Source: Thermoplasmatales archaeon SW_10_69_26
GTDB taxonomy: Archaea; Thermoplasmatota; SW-10-69-26
NCBI GenBank assembly: GCA_003009755.1
Contig: PXUB01000029.1
Span: forward strand, 13,946 to 77,945
Direction: 5' to 3'
Length of the DNA: 64,000 nucleotides
Shown here one piece after another: positions 46,426-56,461 of this stretch. Within the stretch, counting starts at the first letter, position 1; every line of letters begins with the position of its first letter. The notes under the pieces were generated by a model that did not search any database, was not told the DNA's origin, and worked only from the letters and a program-made list of their open reading frames with translations. Both the position numbers and the translations under genes were made by a program.

Positions 46426-47196
46426 TCATACGTCCGAAACGGGGGGCCGAGCCGGCCGACGGCGGTGGCCGGAGGTGCGCTGGCAGTCCGGGCACCAGAA
46501 CGTGATCCGATCCCACTCGCCGACCCGAGCGCGTTCGACGTCGGCCCCGCAACCGGGGCACTCGCTGGCCCGGTAGATCCGACGACCCCCCTGGTTCGGG
46601 TAGGGACCGCCGCGCTCGTACCAGGCCTCGGTCACGGAGATCGCCTCCTCCAAGACCCGCTGGCGATCGCGCTCGGGGATCTCGCAGGCGGGCGTCCTCG
46701 GGTGGACGCATGCGTTGTACAGCGCCTCGTTCTTGATGATGTTGCCCACGCCGCCGAACACCGACTGGTCCAACAGCACGCTGGCGACCACGTCCTCTCG
46801 GGCCGCCAGCGCCTGCAGCGCCCGCGCCTGATCGAAACAGGGCTTGAGCACGTCGCCGGTGGGATCGAGCTCGTTCGCGAGCTGGTCGGGCTCCCAGACC
46901 TTCGCCGAGCAGTTGTAGGTGGAGAACTCGTCCTCCTCGCAACGCAAGGAGAGGCGCGGCGGCTGGTCCTCGCGCCGCTCGTTGACCCGGTAGGTCCCGT
47001 ACATGTAGAAGTGGAACACGACCGCGGGCCCGTCGGTCTCGATCACCAGCCGCTTCTTGACGGGACGGACGGTCTCGATCGCGCGGCCGGCGAGCTGTTC
47101 GATCGGCTGGCGGGCGTTGCCGGCGACCTCCTGGATGCGCTGGCCCTCCAACGGCGACAGCCGGTCGGCCAGCGCGTGGATCGGGGGTCCCTCCAT
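46426..47196 (-). CDS. Fpg/Nei family DNA glycosylase-like protein
   Basis: HFYMYG, LLDQSVFGGVGNIIKNEAL (H2TH), CPGC...WCPDCQ zinc finger. Confidence 0.88.
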   Translation of the reverse strand: MEGPPIHALADRLSPLEGQRIQEVAGNARQPIEQLAGRAIETVRPVKKRLVIETDGPAVVFHFYMYGTYRVNERREDQPPRLSLRCEEDEFSTYNCSAKVWEPDQLANELDPTGDVLKPCFDQARALQALAAREDVVASVLLDQSVFGGVGNIIKNEALYNACVHPRTPACEIPERDRQRVLEEAISVTEAWYERGGPYPNQGGRRIYRASECPGCGADVERARVGEWDRITFWCPDCQRTSGHRRRPARPPVSDV

Positions 47197-47331
47197 CGGG
47201 GATCGACTCCCGGCAGGCTCTCCTCCCTGTTAACCCGTGTGGGAACGGCCTTCCCCGCCGCCTGGGCCAGCCCAGGTCTCGCGGCCGAGCCACTTATCAC
47301 GGGCCCACGGCCTCCCCTCGTCGAAGCCCGC

Positions 47332-48684
47332 ATGCCCGTGCACGACAGCATCCTCGACACCGTCGGCCGGACGCCGCTGGTCCGCCTGGACGAGGTCGTG
47401 GCCGAGGGGCCCGAGGTCCTGGCCAAGGTCGAGAGCTTCAACCCTGGCGGCAGCGTGAAGGACCGGATCGGTCGCTCGATGATCGAGGCCGCCGAGGAGG
47501 CCGGCGATCTCGAGCCCGGCGGCACGATCGTCGAGAGCACCAGCGGCAACACCGGGATCGGGCTCGCCATCGCGGCCACGCAGATGGGCTATGATGTCGT
47601 GTTCACGATGCCGGACAAGATGGCGGTCGAGAAGGAGCGCATGCTGCGCGCCTACGGCGCCGACGTCATCCGCTGCCCGACCGGCGTCGAGGCCGAGGAC
47701 CCCCGCTCGTACTACTCCGTCGCCGAACGGATGGCCGAGGACCTGGACAACGCCATCTACGTCAACCAGTACTACAACGAGGCCAACCCCGAGGCCCACG
47801 TCCGCTCGACGGGGCCGGAGATCTGGGAGGCCACCGACGGCGAGGTCACCCACTTCGTCGCGGGCGTCGGCACCGGCGGCACGATCTCGGGCACCTCGCG
47901 GTTCCTGAAGGATCAGGACCCCAGCCTGACGACGATCGGGGTCGACCCCGAGGGCTCGATCCTCGCCCACAAGCACGAGACCGGCGAGACCGAGCCCGAT
48001 CTGGCCGAACCCTACCTCACCGAGGGCATCGGCGAGGACCTGGTCCCCTCGACGGTCTGGTTCGAGGAGATCGACGAGTTCGTGCGCACCGACGACGAGG
48101 AGAGCTTCGCCATGGCTCGCCGCCTGGCCAAAGAGGAAGGCATCCTCAACGGCTCCTCGTGCGGGTCCGCCGTCGTCGGCGTCAACCGCGCGATCGAGCA
48201 GGGCCTCATCGACGACGACGCCACGGTCGTCGTCATCCTGCCGGACACCGGCGAACGCTACCTCTCCACCGCCTACGACGAAGCCTGGCTGCGCGGCAAG
48301 GGCCTCATCGAACCGGCCGAGACCGTCGGCGAGGCGGCCGCGACCCCGATCCCGAAGGTCACCCCCGACGACGGGCTCGAGGCGATCTTGCGCGTGGCTC
48401 AAGCCCGCGAGGTCCCCAGCGTGCCCGTCGTCGAGGACGACGAGGTGCTGGGCCTGGTCGTGCTCGACGAGGTGTACGGCGAGCTGCTGCAGTCCACCCG
48501 ACCGCGCGAGCGCAACGCCCACCAGCTGGCCAGCCAGACGCCGCCCAGCGTCGACGCCGACACCCCGCTGGGCTCGGCCGTCGCCACGCTGTCCAAGGAG
48601 CACACGCTCGTCGTGACCGACGAGGGCACCCCCCACGGCCTCCTGACGCGCGAGGCCGCGCTCCGCCACATGGGCCGCCTGTAA
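47332..48684 (+). CDS. cystathionine beta-synthase/cysteine synthase with C-terminal CBS domains
   Basis: FNPGGSVKDR, STSGNTG, GVGTGGT, EGIG, LPDTGERYLS. Confidence 0.92.
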   Translation: MPVHDSILDTVGRTPLVRLDEVVAEGPEVLAKVESFNPGGSVKDRIGRSMIEAAEEAGDLEPGGTIVESTSGNTGIGLAIAATQMGYDVVFTMPDKMAVEKERMLRAYGADVIRCPTGVEAEDPRSYYSVAERMAEDLDNAIYVNQYYNEANPEAHVRSTGPEIWEATDGEVTHFVAGVGTGGTISGTSRFLKDQDPSLTTIGVDPEGSILAHKHETGETEPDLAEPYLTEGIGEDLVPSTVWFEEIDEFVRTDDEESFAMARRLAKEEGILNGSSCGSAVVGVNRAIEQGLIDDDATVVVILPDTGERYLSTAYDEAWLRGKGLIEPAETVGEAAATPIPKVTPDDGLEAILRVAQAREVPSVPVVEDDEVLGLVVLDEVYGELLQSTRPRERNAHQLASQTPPSVDADTPLGSAVATLSKEHTLVVTDEGTPHGLLTREAALRHMGRL

Positions 48685-48698
48685 GCCGAGGTGGTCGC

Positions 48699-49769
48699 CT
48701 GGCCCTCAAGGACCGCGTCCTGGCTGAGATCGACCGCGAGGGCCCGATGACGTGCGCCCGGTTCATGGAGCTGGCCCTCTACGACGACGAGACGGGCTAC
48801 TACATGGTCGACGAGGTGCGAGCCGGGCGCGAGTGGGTGACCGCGCCCACGCTGTCGCCGATCTTCGGCCGCGTGCTCGCCCGGCTCGTCGAACCCGGGC
48901 TGACCGGCCGCCAGGCACCGATGCTCGTCGAAGCCGGCACCGGCGGCGGCGAGCTCGTCCGCGACCTCGCCTACGGCCTCCACGACGAGGCCCCCGACGT
49001 GTTCGGCGACCTCGAGCTGGTACCCGTCGACCGCAGCCCGAGCGCCCGCCAACGCTGCCGGGACACGCTCGAGGAGGCCGGCATCGACCTCGCCGACGTC
49101 GACCTGCGGGACACGCTGCCGGAACGGGTCGAGGGCGTGCTCGTCACGAACGAGCTGCTGGATGCCCTCCCCACGCACGTCTGCCAGCACACCGAGCAGG
49201 GCCTGGCCGAGATCCACCTCGAACCCGGCGACCCCACGCTGGCCCCCACGCTGCGCGGCCCCTCCCAAGAGGCGATCATGGAGCTGGCGAGCCGCTTCCA
49301 GACCCAGCTCGAGCCCGGGTTGCGCTTCGAAGCGCCGCTGGCCGCCTACGACTGGTACCGGGAAGCCGCCTCGCGCCTCGACGAGGGCCTCATCGTCACC
49401 GTCGACTACGGCGCCCGGCGCCGCAAGCTGCTCGAAGACCACCCCAAGGGCACGATCCACGCCTACCGGCAGGGCCAACGCGTCGAGGAGTTCTGGTACG
49501 ACCCTGGCCGCATGGACCTCACCTACCGCGTCCCGTTCGACGAGATCGCCCGGGTCGGCGAGGAGGAAGGCCTCCAGACGCTCGTCTACGGCTCCCAAGG
49601 TCGCGTGTTGACCGATCTGGGCATCCGCGAGATGGCCAGCGAGGTCGGTGCCGGCGCCCCGCTGGCCGCCAAGAAGCTCGTCGACCCCGACGGCGCCGGC
49701 GGCACGTTCCGCGTGCTCGTGCAAGGCCGCGGCGTCGATCCCGACCGGCTGCCTCTCGCCTCACGATAG
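48699..49769 (+). CDS. NDUFAF7/MidA-like SAM-dependent methyltransferase
   Basis: GPM...FMELALY...GYY, VTAP, EAGTGGG, NELLDALP, VDYG, PG.MDLT; start uncertain. Confidence 0.88.
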   Translation: MALKDRVLAEIDREGPMTCARFMELALYDDETGYYMVDEVRAGREWVTAPTLSPIFGRVLARLVEPGLTGRQAPMLVEAGTGGGELVRDLAYGLHDEAPDVFGDLELVPVDRSPSARQRCRDTLEEAGIDLADVDLRDTLPERVEGVLVTNELLDALPTHVCQHTEQGLAEIHLEPGDPTLAPTLRGPSQEAIMELASRFQTQLEPGLRFEAPLAAYDWYREAASRLDEGLIVTVDYGARRRKLLEDHPKGTIHAYRQGQRVEEFWYDPGRMDLTYRVPFDEIARVGEEEGLQTLVYGSQGRVLTDLGIREMASEVGAGAPLAAKKLVDPDGAGGTFRVLVQGRGVDPDRLPLASR

Positions 49770-49852
49770 GGGCTCGAGGGAGGGCTTGGCCGGCCCAGGA
49801 GAGGCTTGTCTGTTCATCGTGAACAACCGACGAACCATCCTCCCGGACGTGG

Positions 49853-50059
49853 TTGGTCAAGGTGGAGTGGAGCCCCGTGTACATCGAACCCGACGATTCG
49901 GACGAGGAGACCAAGACCGTGAAGGTGAAGCTGCCCGCCGACCTCTACCTCAAGCTGCACAGCTTGAAGGTCCTCGAGGGCGGCACGATCAGCGAGCGCG
50001 TCGAGACGGCTCTCGACTCGCACTTCGAGGGCACGCCCTTCGCGGATCTGGAAGGCTAG
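49853..50059 (+). CDS. small ribbon-helix-helix-like protein
   Basis: KTVKVKLPADLY.KL...TISERVETAL..F. Confidence 0.7.
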   Translation: MVKVEWSPVYIEPDDSDEETKTVKVKLPADLYLKLHSLKVLEGGTISERVETALDSHFEGTPFADLEG

Positions 50060-50203
50060 ACTGCCGGCCGTGCTTGGGTTAAGCTCTCGCTCGGCCTCAG
50101 GTGCGTGAAGGCAAGGAGCCGAGATGAGGGAGGGGCCGCAGGCCCTTTCGAATCGCAGGCGACACCGCCTGAGGGACGGAAGCCTCGCTTCGTCCAGGCA
50201 GTC
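50059..50203 (+). mobile_element. MITE-like element, family 3 (GACTGCC...GGCAGTC)
   Basis: First ~75 bp shared with 63883-63957; 7 bp terminal inverted repeat; starts within a TAG stop. Confidence 0.65.
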
Positions 50204-50378
50204 ACCTCCCGAGGGCGACCCCCTGGGCGTCGGCCCGAGCCCCTCCGTCCATCGAGCTTCCATCGAAGAGCGGAGAGAGCCGAGAGCGTGCTCCTTCTGG
50301 CCGACAGGCCTTCCACTGGCTCAGGCCGACGCCAGAGGCGGGTAACCCTTTTGCCCGCTGGTGGCCATCCCCACCCCG

Positions 50379-50918
50379 ATGCCCCGACTGTTCGTCGGCG
50401 TACCCGCCCCCGGCTCGCTGGATCTCTCCGGCGTCCGGGGCAGCCTCGAGGACGAGGGTGGCGTCAAGCTCGTCGACCCCGCCAACTACCACGTCACGCT
50501 GGCCTTCCTCGGGGATACCCCCGAGGGCCGGGTCGACGCCGCGCTGCAAGCGATCCGCGAGGTCGTCGAAGGCACCGGCGCCCACGAGGGCCGCGCTCGC
50601 GGCCTCGGGGCCTTCCCGAGCGAGGAGAACGCCAGCGTCGTCTGGACCGGCATCGAGGAGACCGAGCTGGACCCGCTGGCCAACGGCATCCGCGAGAGGC
50701 TGCGCTCGCGCTCGATCGACGTCGACGACCGCAACGACTTCCACCCCCACCTCACCCTCGGGCGGCTGCGCGACAAGCGCGACATGACCCACCTGCTCGA
50801 ACCGCACGCCTCCACCGACTTCGGCGGCTTCCCCGTCGAGCAGGTCCACCTCTACGAATCCACCCTCACGCCTGAAGGCCCGGAGTACGAGATCCGCGGC
50901 ACCGCCGAGCTGGGGTGA
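50379..50918 (+). CDS. thpR: RNA 2',3'-cyclic phosphodiesterase (2'-5' RNA ligase family)
   Basis: HVTLAFLG and FHPHLTLGR 2H motifs; S.LTPEGPEY. Confidence 0.92.
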   Translation: MPRLFVGVPAPGSLDLSGVRGSLEDEGGVKLVDPANYHVTLAFLGDTPEGRVDAALQAIREVVEGTGAHEGRARGLGAFPSEENASVVWTGIEETELDPLANGIRERLRSRSIDVDDRNDFHPHLTLGRLRDKRDMTHLLEPHASTDFGGFPVEQVHLYESTLTPEGPEYEIRGTAELG

Positions 50919-50922
50919 CCCG

Positions 50923-52308
50923 ATGGGCGAGGACTGGCGAGCGCGCGTCCTCTACGAGATCGAGCCGACACCAGCGGAGGATCAGGCCGTCCAAGAGGAC
51001 GCCCGTGCCCTGGAGAACGCCGTCGAGGCGTTCCTCGAGGAGAAGGGCTGGACGGGCGAGGCCCGCGTCGAGGGATCGCTGGCCAAGGGCACCTACCTCG
51101 CCGGCGACGCCGACATGGACTGCTTCGTCGCCTTCCCCCCCGACGTCGACCGCGCCGAGCTCGAGCGCCGAGCCCGCGCCATGGGTGGGATCCTGCCCGA
51201 CGCCGTCGTCGCCTACGCTGAACACCCCTACGCCGAGGGCACCTGGCGCGGCCAGGACACCGAGATCGTCCCCTGCTACGACCTCGACGACGCCAGCCAG
51301 CTCAAGTCCGCCGTCGACCGCACCCGGTTCCACACCAACTACGTCAACGAACGCCTCGACGACGGGACCCGCCGCGAGACCCGGCTGTCGAAGGCCTTCC
51401 TCCGCGGCGTCGAGGTCTACGGCGCCGAGGAGAGCGTGCTCGGCTTCTCCGGGTACCTCGCCGAGCTGCTCGTGCTCGGCCTCGGCGGGTTCGAGGACGT
51501 GCTCGCCTGGGCCCGCGAGGGCTTCCCCCACCCGCTGGAACCCGGCCCCGAGGCCCAGCGCCGCTTCGAGGAGGACCCCCTGGTCGTCGTCGACCCCGTC
51601 GACCCGACCCGGAACGCGGCCGCCGCCGTGGCCCGCTCGTCGCTGGTCCGCCTGCGCGAGGCCGCGGCCGCCTTCTGGGCCGATCCCGGCCCCCGGTTCT
51701 TCGGCGACCCCCCCCAGCCTCGCCTCGAGCCCGAGGAGGCCCACGATCGCTGCCAGGCCCGGGGGACCCGACCGCTGGCGGTCGAGATCCCGACCCCCGA
51801 CGAGGAGCTGGCCGACCCCGTGCACGCCCAGCTGCGCCGGGCGTTGACCTTGGCCGTCGAGGAGATCGAACGCAAACAGGTCCCCGTCGCCGCCAGCGCC
51901 CTCCACGTCGAGACCGACGACGAGGGCCGCCCCGAAACCGGCTGGCTGCTCGTCGAGGCCGAGGAGCAACCGCTCCAGGAACCGCTGCTCCACGAGGGCC
52001 CGCCGGTCCACGTCGGCGACCACGCCGACAGCTTCCGCGAATCCTGGGAGGACGAGCCCCGTGCCGCCGGGCCCGTGTTCGAGGAGGACGGCCACCTGTT
52101 CGTCCGCATCGAACGCGAGGCCGTCAGCCTGATGACGATCGTCGAGCCCCACTTGCGCGGCGCGAAGGCGGGCAAGGTCGTCGACCGAGCGATCGAGGAC
52201 GACGCCGTGCTGGCCCTCGAGGGACCCCAGGCCGTCGCTCGCGCTCCCGAGGAGCCGCTGGGGCGGCTGCTGGACCGTCGCCCTCCGTGGGAACGAGCCT
52301 CACAGTAG
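50923..52308 (+). CDS. cca: archaeal class I CCA-adding enzyme
   Basis: GSLAKGTYL..D.D, YAEHPY, SAVDRT.FH, GFSGYL.ELL, DPVDPTRN. Confidence 0.95.
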   Translation: MGEDWRARVLYEIEPTPAEDQAVQEDARALENAVEAFLEEKGWTGEARVEGSLAKGTYLAGDADMDCFVAFPPDVDRAELERRARAMGGILPDAVVAYAEHPYAEGTWRGQDTEIVPCYDLDDASQLKSAVDRTRFHTNYVNERLDDGTRRETRLSKAFLRGVEVYGAEESVLGFSGYLAELLVLGLGGFEDVLAWAREGFPHPLEPGPEAQRRFEEDPLVVVDPVDPTRNAAAAVARSSLVRLREAAAAFWADPGPRFFGDPPQPRLEPEEAHDRCQARGTRPLAVEIPTPDEELADPVHAQLRRALTLAVEEIERKQVPVAASALHVETDDEGRPETGWLLVEAEEQPLQEPLLHEGPPVHVGDHADSFRESWEDEPRAAGPVFEEDGHLFVRIEREAVSLMTIVEPHLRGAKAGKVVDRAIEDDAVLALEGPQAVARAPEEPLGRLLDRRPPWERASQ

Positions 52309-52641
52309 GCCGACGCCGGCCGCCAGGTAGGCGCCCGCGCCGGCGACGACCAGCAGGACGAGCAAGGCCGCCAACGCCCGCAGCGTCGGCCGGACCCTGG
52401 AGCCCGCGCCCGCATGACCCGTGTTGCGTGACATGGACGGAACTGGACGCCCGTGGTACAAGGGACCGCCGCAAGCGTTCCCTCGCCCCCGAACAGATGC
52501 GGTCCCGCGCTGGCTGGGCCTCGGACCGAAGGGCCGCTTGGCCGCTGGTGCCCTCCGGCCCAGAACGATCCGAGTCCGTCACCGGCCCGCCCGGCCTCGG
52601 CCGGAGGCTTTACAACCCCCAGTCGCTTGCGCGAGCCGCGC

Positions 52642-53019
52642 ATGGCCATGGCCGAGGCCGCCGAGAACGAGGAAGTGGACCCGGAAGGCGAAGAGGAGGT
52701 CCAGCTTCCCGAGCCCGACTTCGACGATGTCGACCACATGCAGGAGGAGGTCGAGAAGGGCAAGCTGGCGGTCATGAACACCGGCTACGGCATCTTCCTC
52801 GCCGCGATCACGGTCGTCGTCCAGTCCCTGTACACCGTCGACTGGAAGGTCGGCTGGATCGTGCTCGCGGCCGGCGTCAGCCTGCTGAGCTACGTCTACC
52901 GGCTCGGCGGTGTGCGCTCCCACGAGTGGGGCGCCAAGGAGTGGCTGGCCCGCTACGTCACCCTGTTCTTCACGTACCTGGCGTTCTGGTACATCTTCTC
53001 GAACCCGCCGTTCGTGTAG
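52642..53019 (+). CDS. 3-TM membrane protein (EMC6-like)
   Basis: P.FD...E..K, three TM helices, KEWL...FFTYLAFW..NPPF. Confidence 0.65.
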   Translation: MAMAEAAENEEVDPEGEEEVQLPEPDFDDVDHMQEEVEKGKLAVMNTGYGIFLAAITVVVQSLYTVDWKVGWIVLAAGVSLLSYVYRLGGVRSHEWGAKEWLARYVTLFFTYLAFWYIFSNPPFV

Positions 53020-53199
53020 GCGAGAGGGCCCGGCGAGAGCCTTGGATCCGCCTCGACCCGGTGAAAGCGCCCGATGGAGGGAGGTCGAGCCGCCCGAGAC
53101 GTGGAGCGGCCGCTGGCCGACCGTCGTGGGTCTGTCCGTGATCTCGGTCCCTCCCCGCGGTGCCGAGGCGCTGATCTGCTCCTTCGGCTTCCCCCCTTC

Positions 53200-53676
53200 G
53201 TGGCCCACGTCGAGGTCACCCGCGAACGCGAGCTCGCCCACCCGCTCGAGGCCTGCTACGACTGGTTGACCACCGACGTGGGCAGCGACCCGGCCCGCGC
53301 CGGGGCGGTCATCGAGGCGCGAGACGTGGTCACCGAGGACGAAAAGGCGGGCCAGACCGAGCTGGCCGACCGCATCAGCGCGCTCGGCTTCCAGCGCCAG
53401 GTCCGCACGATCGTCGACCTCGACCCGCCCGACACCTGGCGGGCCCGCGTCTTCGAGAGCACCGACGACGCGCCCGACGTGTTCACCTACGAGCTGGAGC
53501 CGGTGACCGAGGACCGCACCCGGCTGAGGGCCACCTACCGCTTCGAGGGGCTCGACGGGCTCGAGACCCTGCTCGTGCGCTTGCTCTCCCCGGTGGTCCG
53601 CCGGCGTCTGGACCGGATGTGGGACGGCTTCGAGCAGGCGATGGACCGCGAGCTGGACCGCGAGCACGTCGTCTGA
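53200..53676 (+). CDS. SRPBCC/START-like protein
   Basis: V.RE...PLE.CYDWL...YELEP...RTRL...C-terminal helix. Confidence 0.65.
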   Translation: MAHVEVTRERELAHPLEACYDWLTTDVGSDPARAGAVIEARDVVTEDEKAGQTELADRISALGFQRQVRTIVDLDPPDTWRARVFESTDDAPDVFTYELEPVTEDRTRLRATYRFEGLDGLETLLVRLLSPVVRRRLDRMWDGFEQAMDRELDREHVV

Positions 53677-53732
53677 GCCCGGCCCCTCCTACGAGCCCAC
53701 CCTTATACGAGAGCGATGCCTTGGGGCCGGCG

Positions 53733-55613
53733 ATGATCGAGAAGGTTGCCGTGCTGGGAGCCGGGACGATGGGCGCCGGCATCGCCCAGGCGTGCGCGCA
53801 AAGCGAGTTGGAGGTCACCCTGCGAGACGTCGAGCAAAGCTACCTCGAGTCCGGGATCAAGCGGTTGCGGCAACCGCTCGAGGAGCGCGTCGAGAAGGGC
53901 AAGACCGACCGCGAGACCGTCGACGCGATCTTCGCTCGCATCACGACGACGACGGACCTGCAGGAGGCCGTCGAGGACGTCGACCTCGTGATCGAGGCGG
54001 TGCCCGAGGAACTCGAGATCAAGCACGAGGTCTTCAGCGAGGTCGAGGAGCACGCCGACGAGGACACGATCTTCGCCACGAACACCAGCTCCCTGCGGGT
54101 GTCGGACATCGCAGAGGCGACCGACCGGGCCGACCGGTTCGGCGGTTTGCACTTCTTCTACCCTGCCCAGATCAACAAGCTGCTCGAGGTCGTCGCCCAC
54201 GAGGGCACCAGCGAGGCGACGCTCGAGGCGCTCGAGCGGTTCGGCACCGCGATCGGCAAGATCGCCGTCGAGACGGCCGATCGGGCCGGCTTCTGCGTGA
54301 ACCGCTTCTTCGTGCCCTGGGTCAACGAGGCCGTGCGGATGCTCGACGAGGGCGTGGCCGACGTGCCCACGATCGAGGCCGCCGCAACGGACGCCTTCGA
54401 CGTCCCGATGGGCCCGTTCGAGCTGATGAACGAGACCGGCGTCGCCATCAGCCTGCACGCCCAGCGCTCCCTGCACGGGGCCTTCGGCGACTTCTACGAG
54501 CCCGCCCGGGGCCTCGTCGAGCAGGTCGAACAGGAGAAGGGCGACTGGGAGATCCACGGCGAGCCCGACGAGGACCGCATCGCCGACGTGCAGCGACGCC
54601 TGAAGGCCGTCGCCTACGGCGTCAGCGCCCAACTCGTCGACGAAGGCGTCGCCACGCCCGTCGACACCGACAAGGGCGCCGTCGTCGGTCTGCGCTGGTC
54701 CAAAGGCCCCTTCGCGATGATGAACGAGGACGGTATCGAGCAGGCCCGCGACACCGTCGCCGCGCTCGGCGACGAGTTCGGCCGCTCGTTCCCCGTGCCG
54801 ACCCTCCTCGAGGAGAAGGCCGAGGCCGGCGAGGGCTTCGATCTCCCCACCGTCGGGCTCGAGCTCAAGGACGAGGCCGCGTTGGTCCGCATCCAGCACC
54901 CGGCCACGCGCAACGCCTTGTCCACGCGCGTGCTCGAGGACCTGGAAGCCCGCATCGAGGAGGCCGAGACCACCGACGCCCGCGCCATCGTTCTCACCGG
55001 CGAGGGCACCACGTTCGTCTCCGGCGCCGACATCGCCGAGATGAAGGACAAAACGCCCCAGGGGGCCCGCGACTACGCCGAGCTCGGGCAACGCGTCAGC
55101 CAGCGGCTGGAGGACTCCCCGCTTGTGACGATCGCCGCCATCAACGGGTACGCCTTCGGCGGCGGCCTCGAGATCGCGCTCGCCTGCGATCTGATCTACG
55201 TGGCCGAGGACGCCACCTTGGGCCTGCCGGAGACCAGCCTGGGCATCCAGCCGGGCTTCGGCGGCACCCAGCGCCTGCCCGTCCACGTCGGCGTGCAGTG
55301 CGCCAAGGAGCTGATCTTCACCGCCGACCGGATCTCGGGACCTGTCGCCGACGACATCGGGCTGGCTCGCAACGTGTTCAAGCGCGCCGAGCTGCTGCCC
55401 GAGGCGCTCGCCATCGTCGACCGCGTCGCGCAGAACGCTCCGCTGGCCGTCGAGGCGGCCAAGCGCTCGATCGAGCGCGGCATCGACGTCGACCAGGAGA
55501 CCGGGCTCGCCTTCGAGCTCGAATCCAGCTCCAAGCTGTTCGGCACCGACGACCAGGTCGAGGGCATGGAAGCCTTCGTGGAGCGCCGCGAGCCCGACTT
55601 CACCGGCGAATAG
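53733..55613 (+). CDS. 3-hydroxyacyl-CoA dehydrogenase/enoyl-CoA hydratase fusion
   Basis: GAGTMG, EAVPE, TNTSS, LHFF, PMGPF; SGADI, GGGLEIA, PETSLGIQPGFGGTQ. Confidence 0.93.
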   Translation: MIEKVAVLGAGTMGAGIAQACAQSELEVTLRDVEQSYLESGIKRLRQPLEERVEKGKTDRETVDAIFARITTTTDLQEAVEDVDLVIEAVPEELEIKHEVFSEVEEHADEDTIFATNTSSLRVSDIAEATDRADRFGGLHFFYPAQINKLLEVVAHEGTSEATLEALERFGTAIGKIAVETADRAGFCVNRFFVPWVNEAVRMLDEGVADVPTIEAAATDAFDVPMGPFELMNETGVAISLHAQRSLHGAFGDFYEPARGLVEQVEQEKGDWEIHGEPDEDRIADVQRRLKAVAYGVSAQLVDEGVATPVDTDKGAVVGLRWSKGPFAMMNEDGIEQARDTVAALGDEFGRSFPVPTLLEEKAEAGEGFDLPTVGLELKDEAALVRIQHPATRNALSTRVLEDLEARIEEAETTDARAIVLTGEGTTFVSGADIAEMKDKTPQGARDYAELGQRVSQRLEDSPLVTIAAINGYAFGGGLEIALACDLIYVAEDATLGLPETSLGIQPGFGGTQRLPVHVGVQCAKELIFTADRISGPVADDIGLARNVFKRAELLPEALAIVDRVAQNAPLAVEAAKRSIERGIDVDQETGLAFELESSSKLFGTDDQVEGMEAFVERREPDFTGE

Positions 55614-55685
55614 CAGCTCACAGAGGCACGGAGCTCCCCGCGGCGCAGACCGGCGCAAGCGGTTCGGCGAAACCAGTCCGGCAGT

Positions 55686-56408
55686 CTAAGGCTCCGGTTC
55701 GGGTCCGCGGTGGACGCTCATCCCTTGCGTGATGTGCCGCCAGTGGACGAGGACCTCGCTGGCGGCGGTCCACACGCTGAGGGGCTTGGGGTGGATGCTC
55801 CACGTCTCGTCGGCGAGTCGGTCGACGGAGCTGGTGTAGGAGCCGGAGGGGAACCCGCCGAGGACGAGGCACACGTGGTCGTGTTCGCCGGCGTGCCAGG
55901 CCAGCTTCTCGGCCGGGTCGGTCGCCTGGCCCTCGGGGTCGAGCGCGATCACGCGGTCGGCGTCGATGCGGTCGAGCACGGCGGCCAGCGGGGCCGGCTT
56001 GGCCAGCTGCATCAACGGGTCGCGGTCGGGCGGGCCGACCTCGCCTTCGGCGAACAGTTGGCCCATCAGGCCCTTGAAGCGCGGGTAGGCGCGGATGATG
56101 CGCGTGGCGGGATCGATGCGGACGTGCTCGTCGTTGCGGGTGTGGATGTGCGTCTGCAGGCCGCCCTCGAGGTTCAGGGCGGAGTCGAGCGCGTTCAACA
56201 GGAACAGGTGTGCCAGGTCGGGCCGTCCGCGGCCCTCGCGCTCGTCGAGATCGTGCTCGTCCATCGCCCAGTGGTGGATGCTGGCGTCCAGCAGCATCCG
56301 CTCGGGGTCGACGTCCTTGCGCTGGGCGGGCTTGGTCACGGTCGGGTGGTCGCGCAGCGGCTCGGGCACGGGCTCGAGCTCGCTGTCCGCGAGGACGAGG
56401 GAGAGCAC
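55686..56408 (-). CDS. nep1: Nep1/EMG1 16S rRNA pseudouridine methyltransferase
   Basis: LLDASIHH.AM, RGRPDL.H, DS.LN, Y.RF.GL..QLF, GGFPSG. Confidence 0.92.
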   Translation of the reverse strand: MLSLVLADSELEPVPEPLRDHPTVTKPAQRKDVDPERMLLDASIHHWAMDEHDLDEREGRGRPDLAHLFLLNALDSALNLEGGLQTHIHTRNDEHVRIDPATRIIRAYPRFKGLMGQLFAEGEVGPPDRDPLMQLAKPAPLAAVLDRIDADRVIALDPEGQATDPAEKLAWHAGEHDHVCLVLGGFPSGSYTSSVDRLADETWSIHPKPLSVWTAASEVLVHWRHITQGMSVHRGPEPEP

Positions 56409-56461
56409 GGGTGGGCAATCCCCGCATCTGCCATCATCCTTGGTCCCCGCCGGGAGGCGCG

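Noticed and set aside
52460-52565. Two stems downstream of cca resembling the two-hairpin module
   Set aside because: Edges and linker do not fit the consensus well enough to count as a copy
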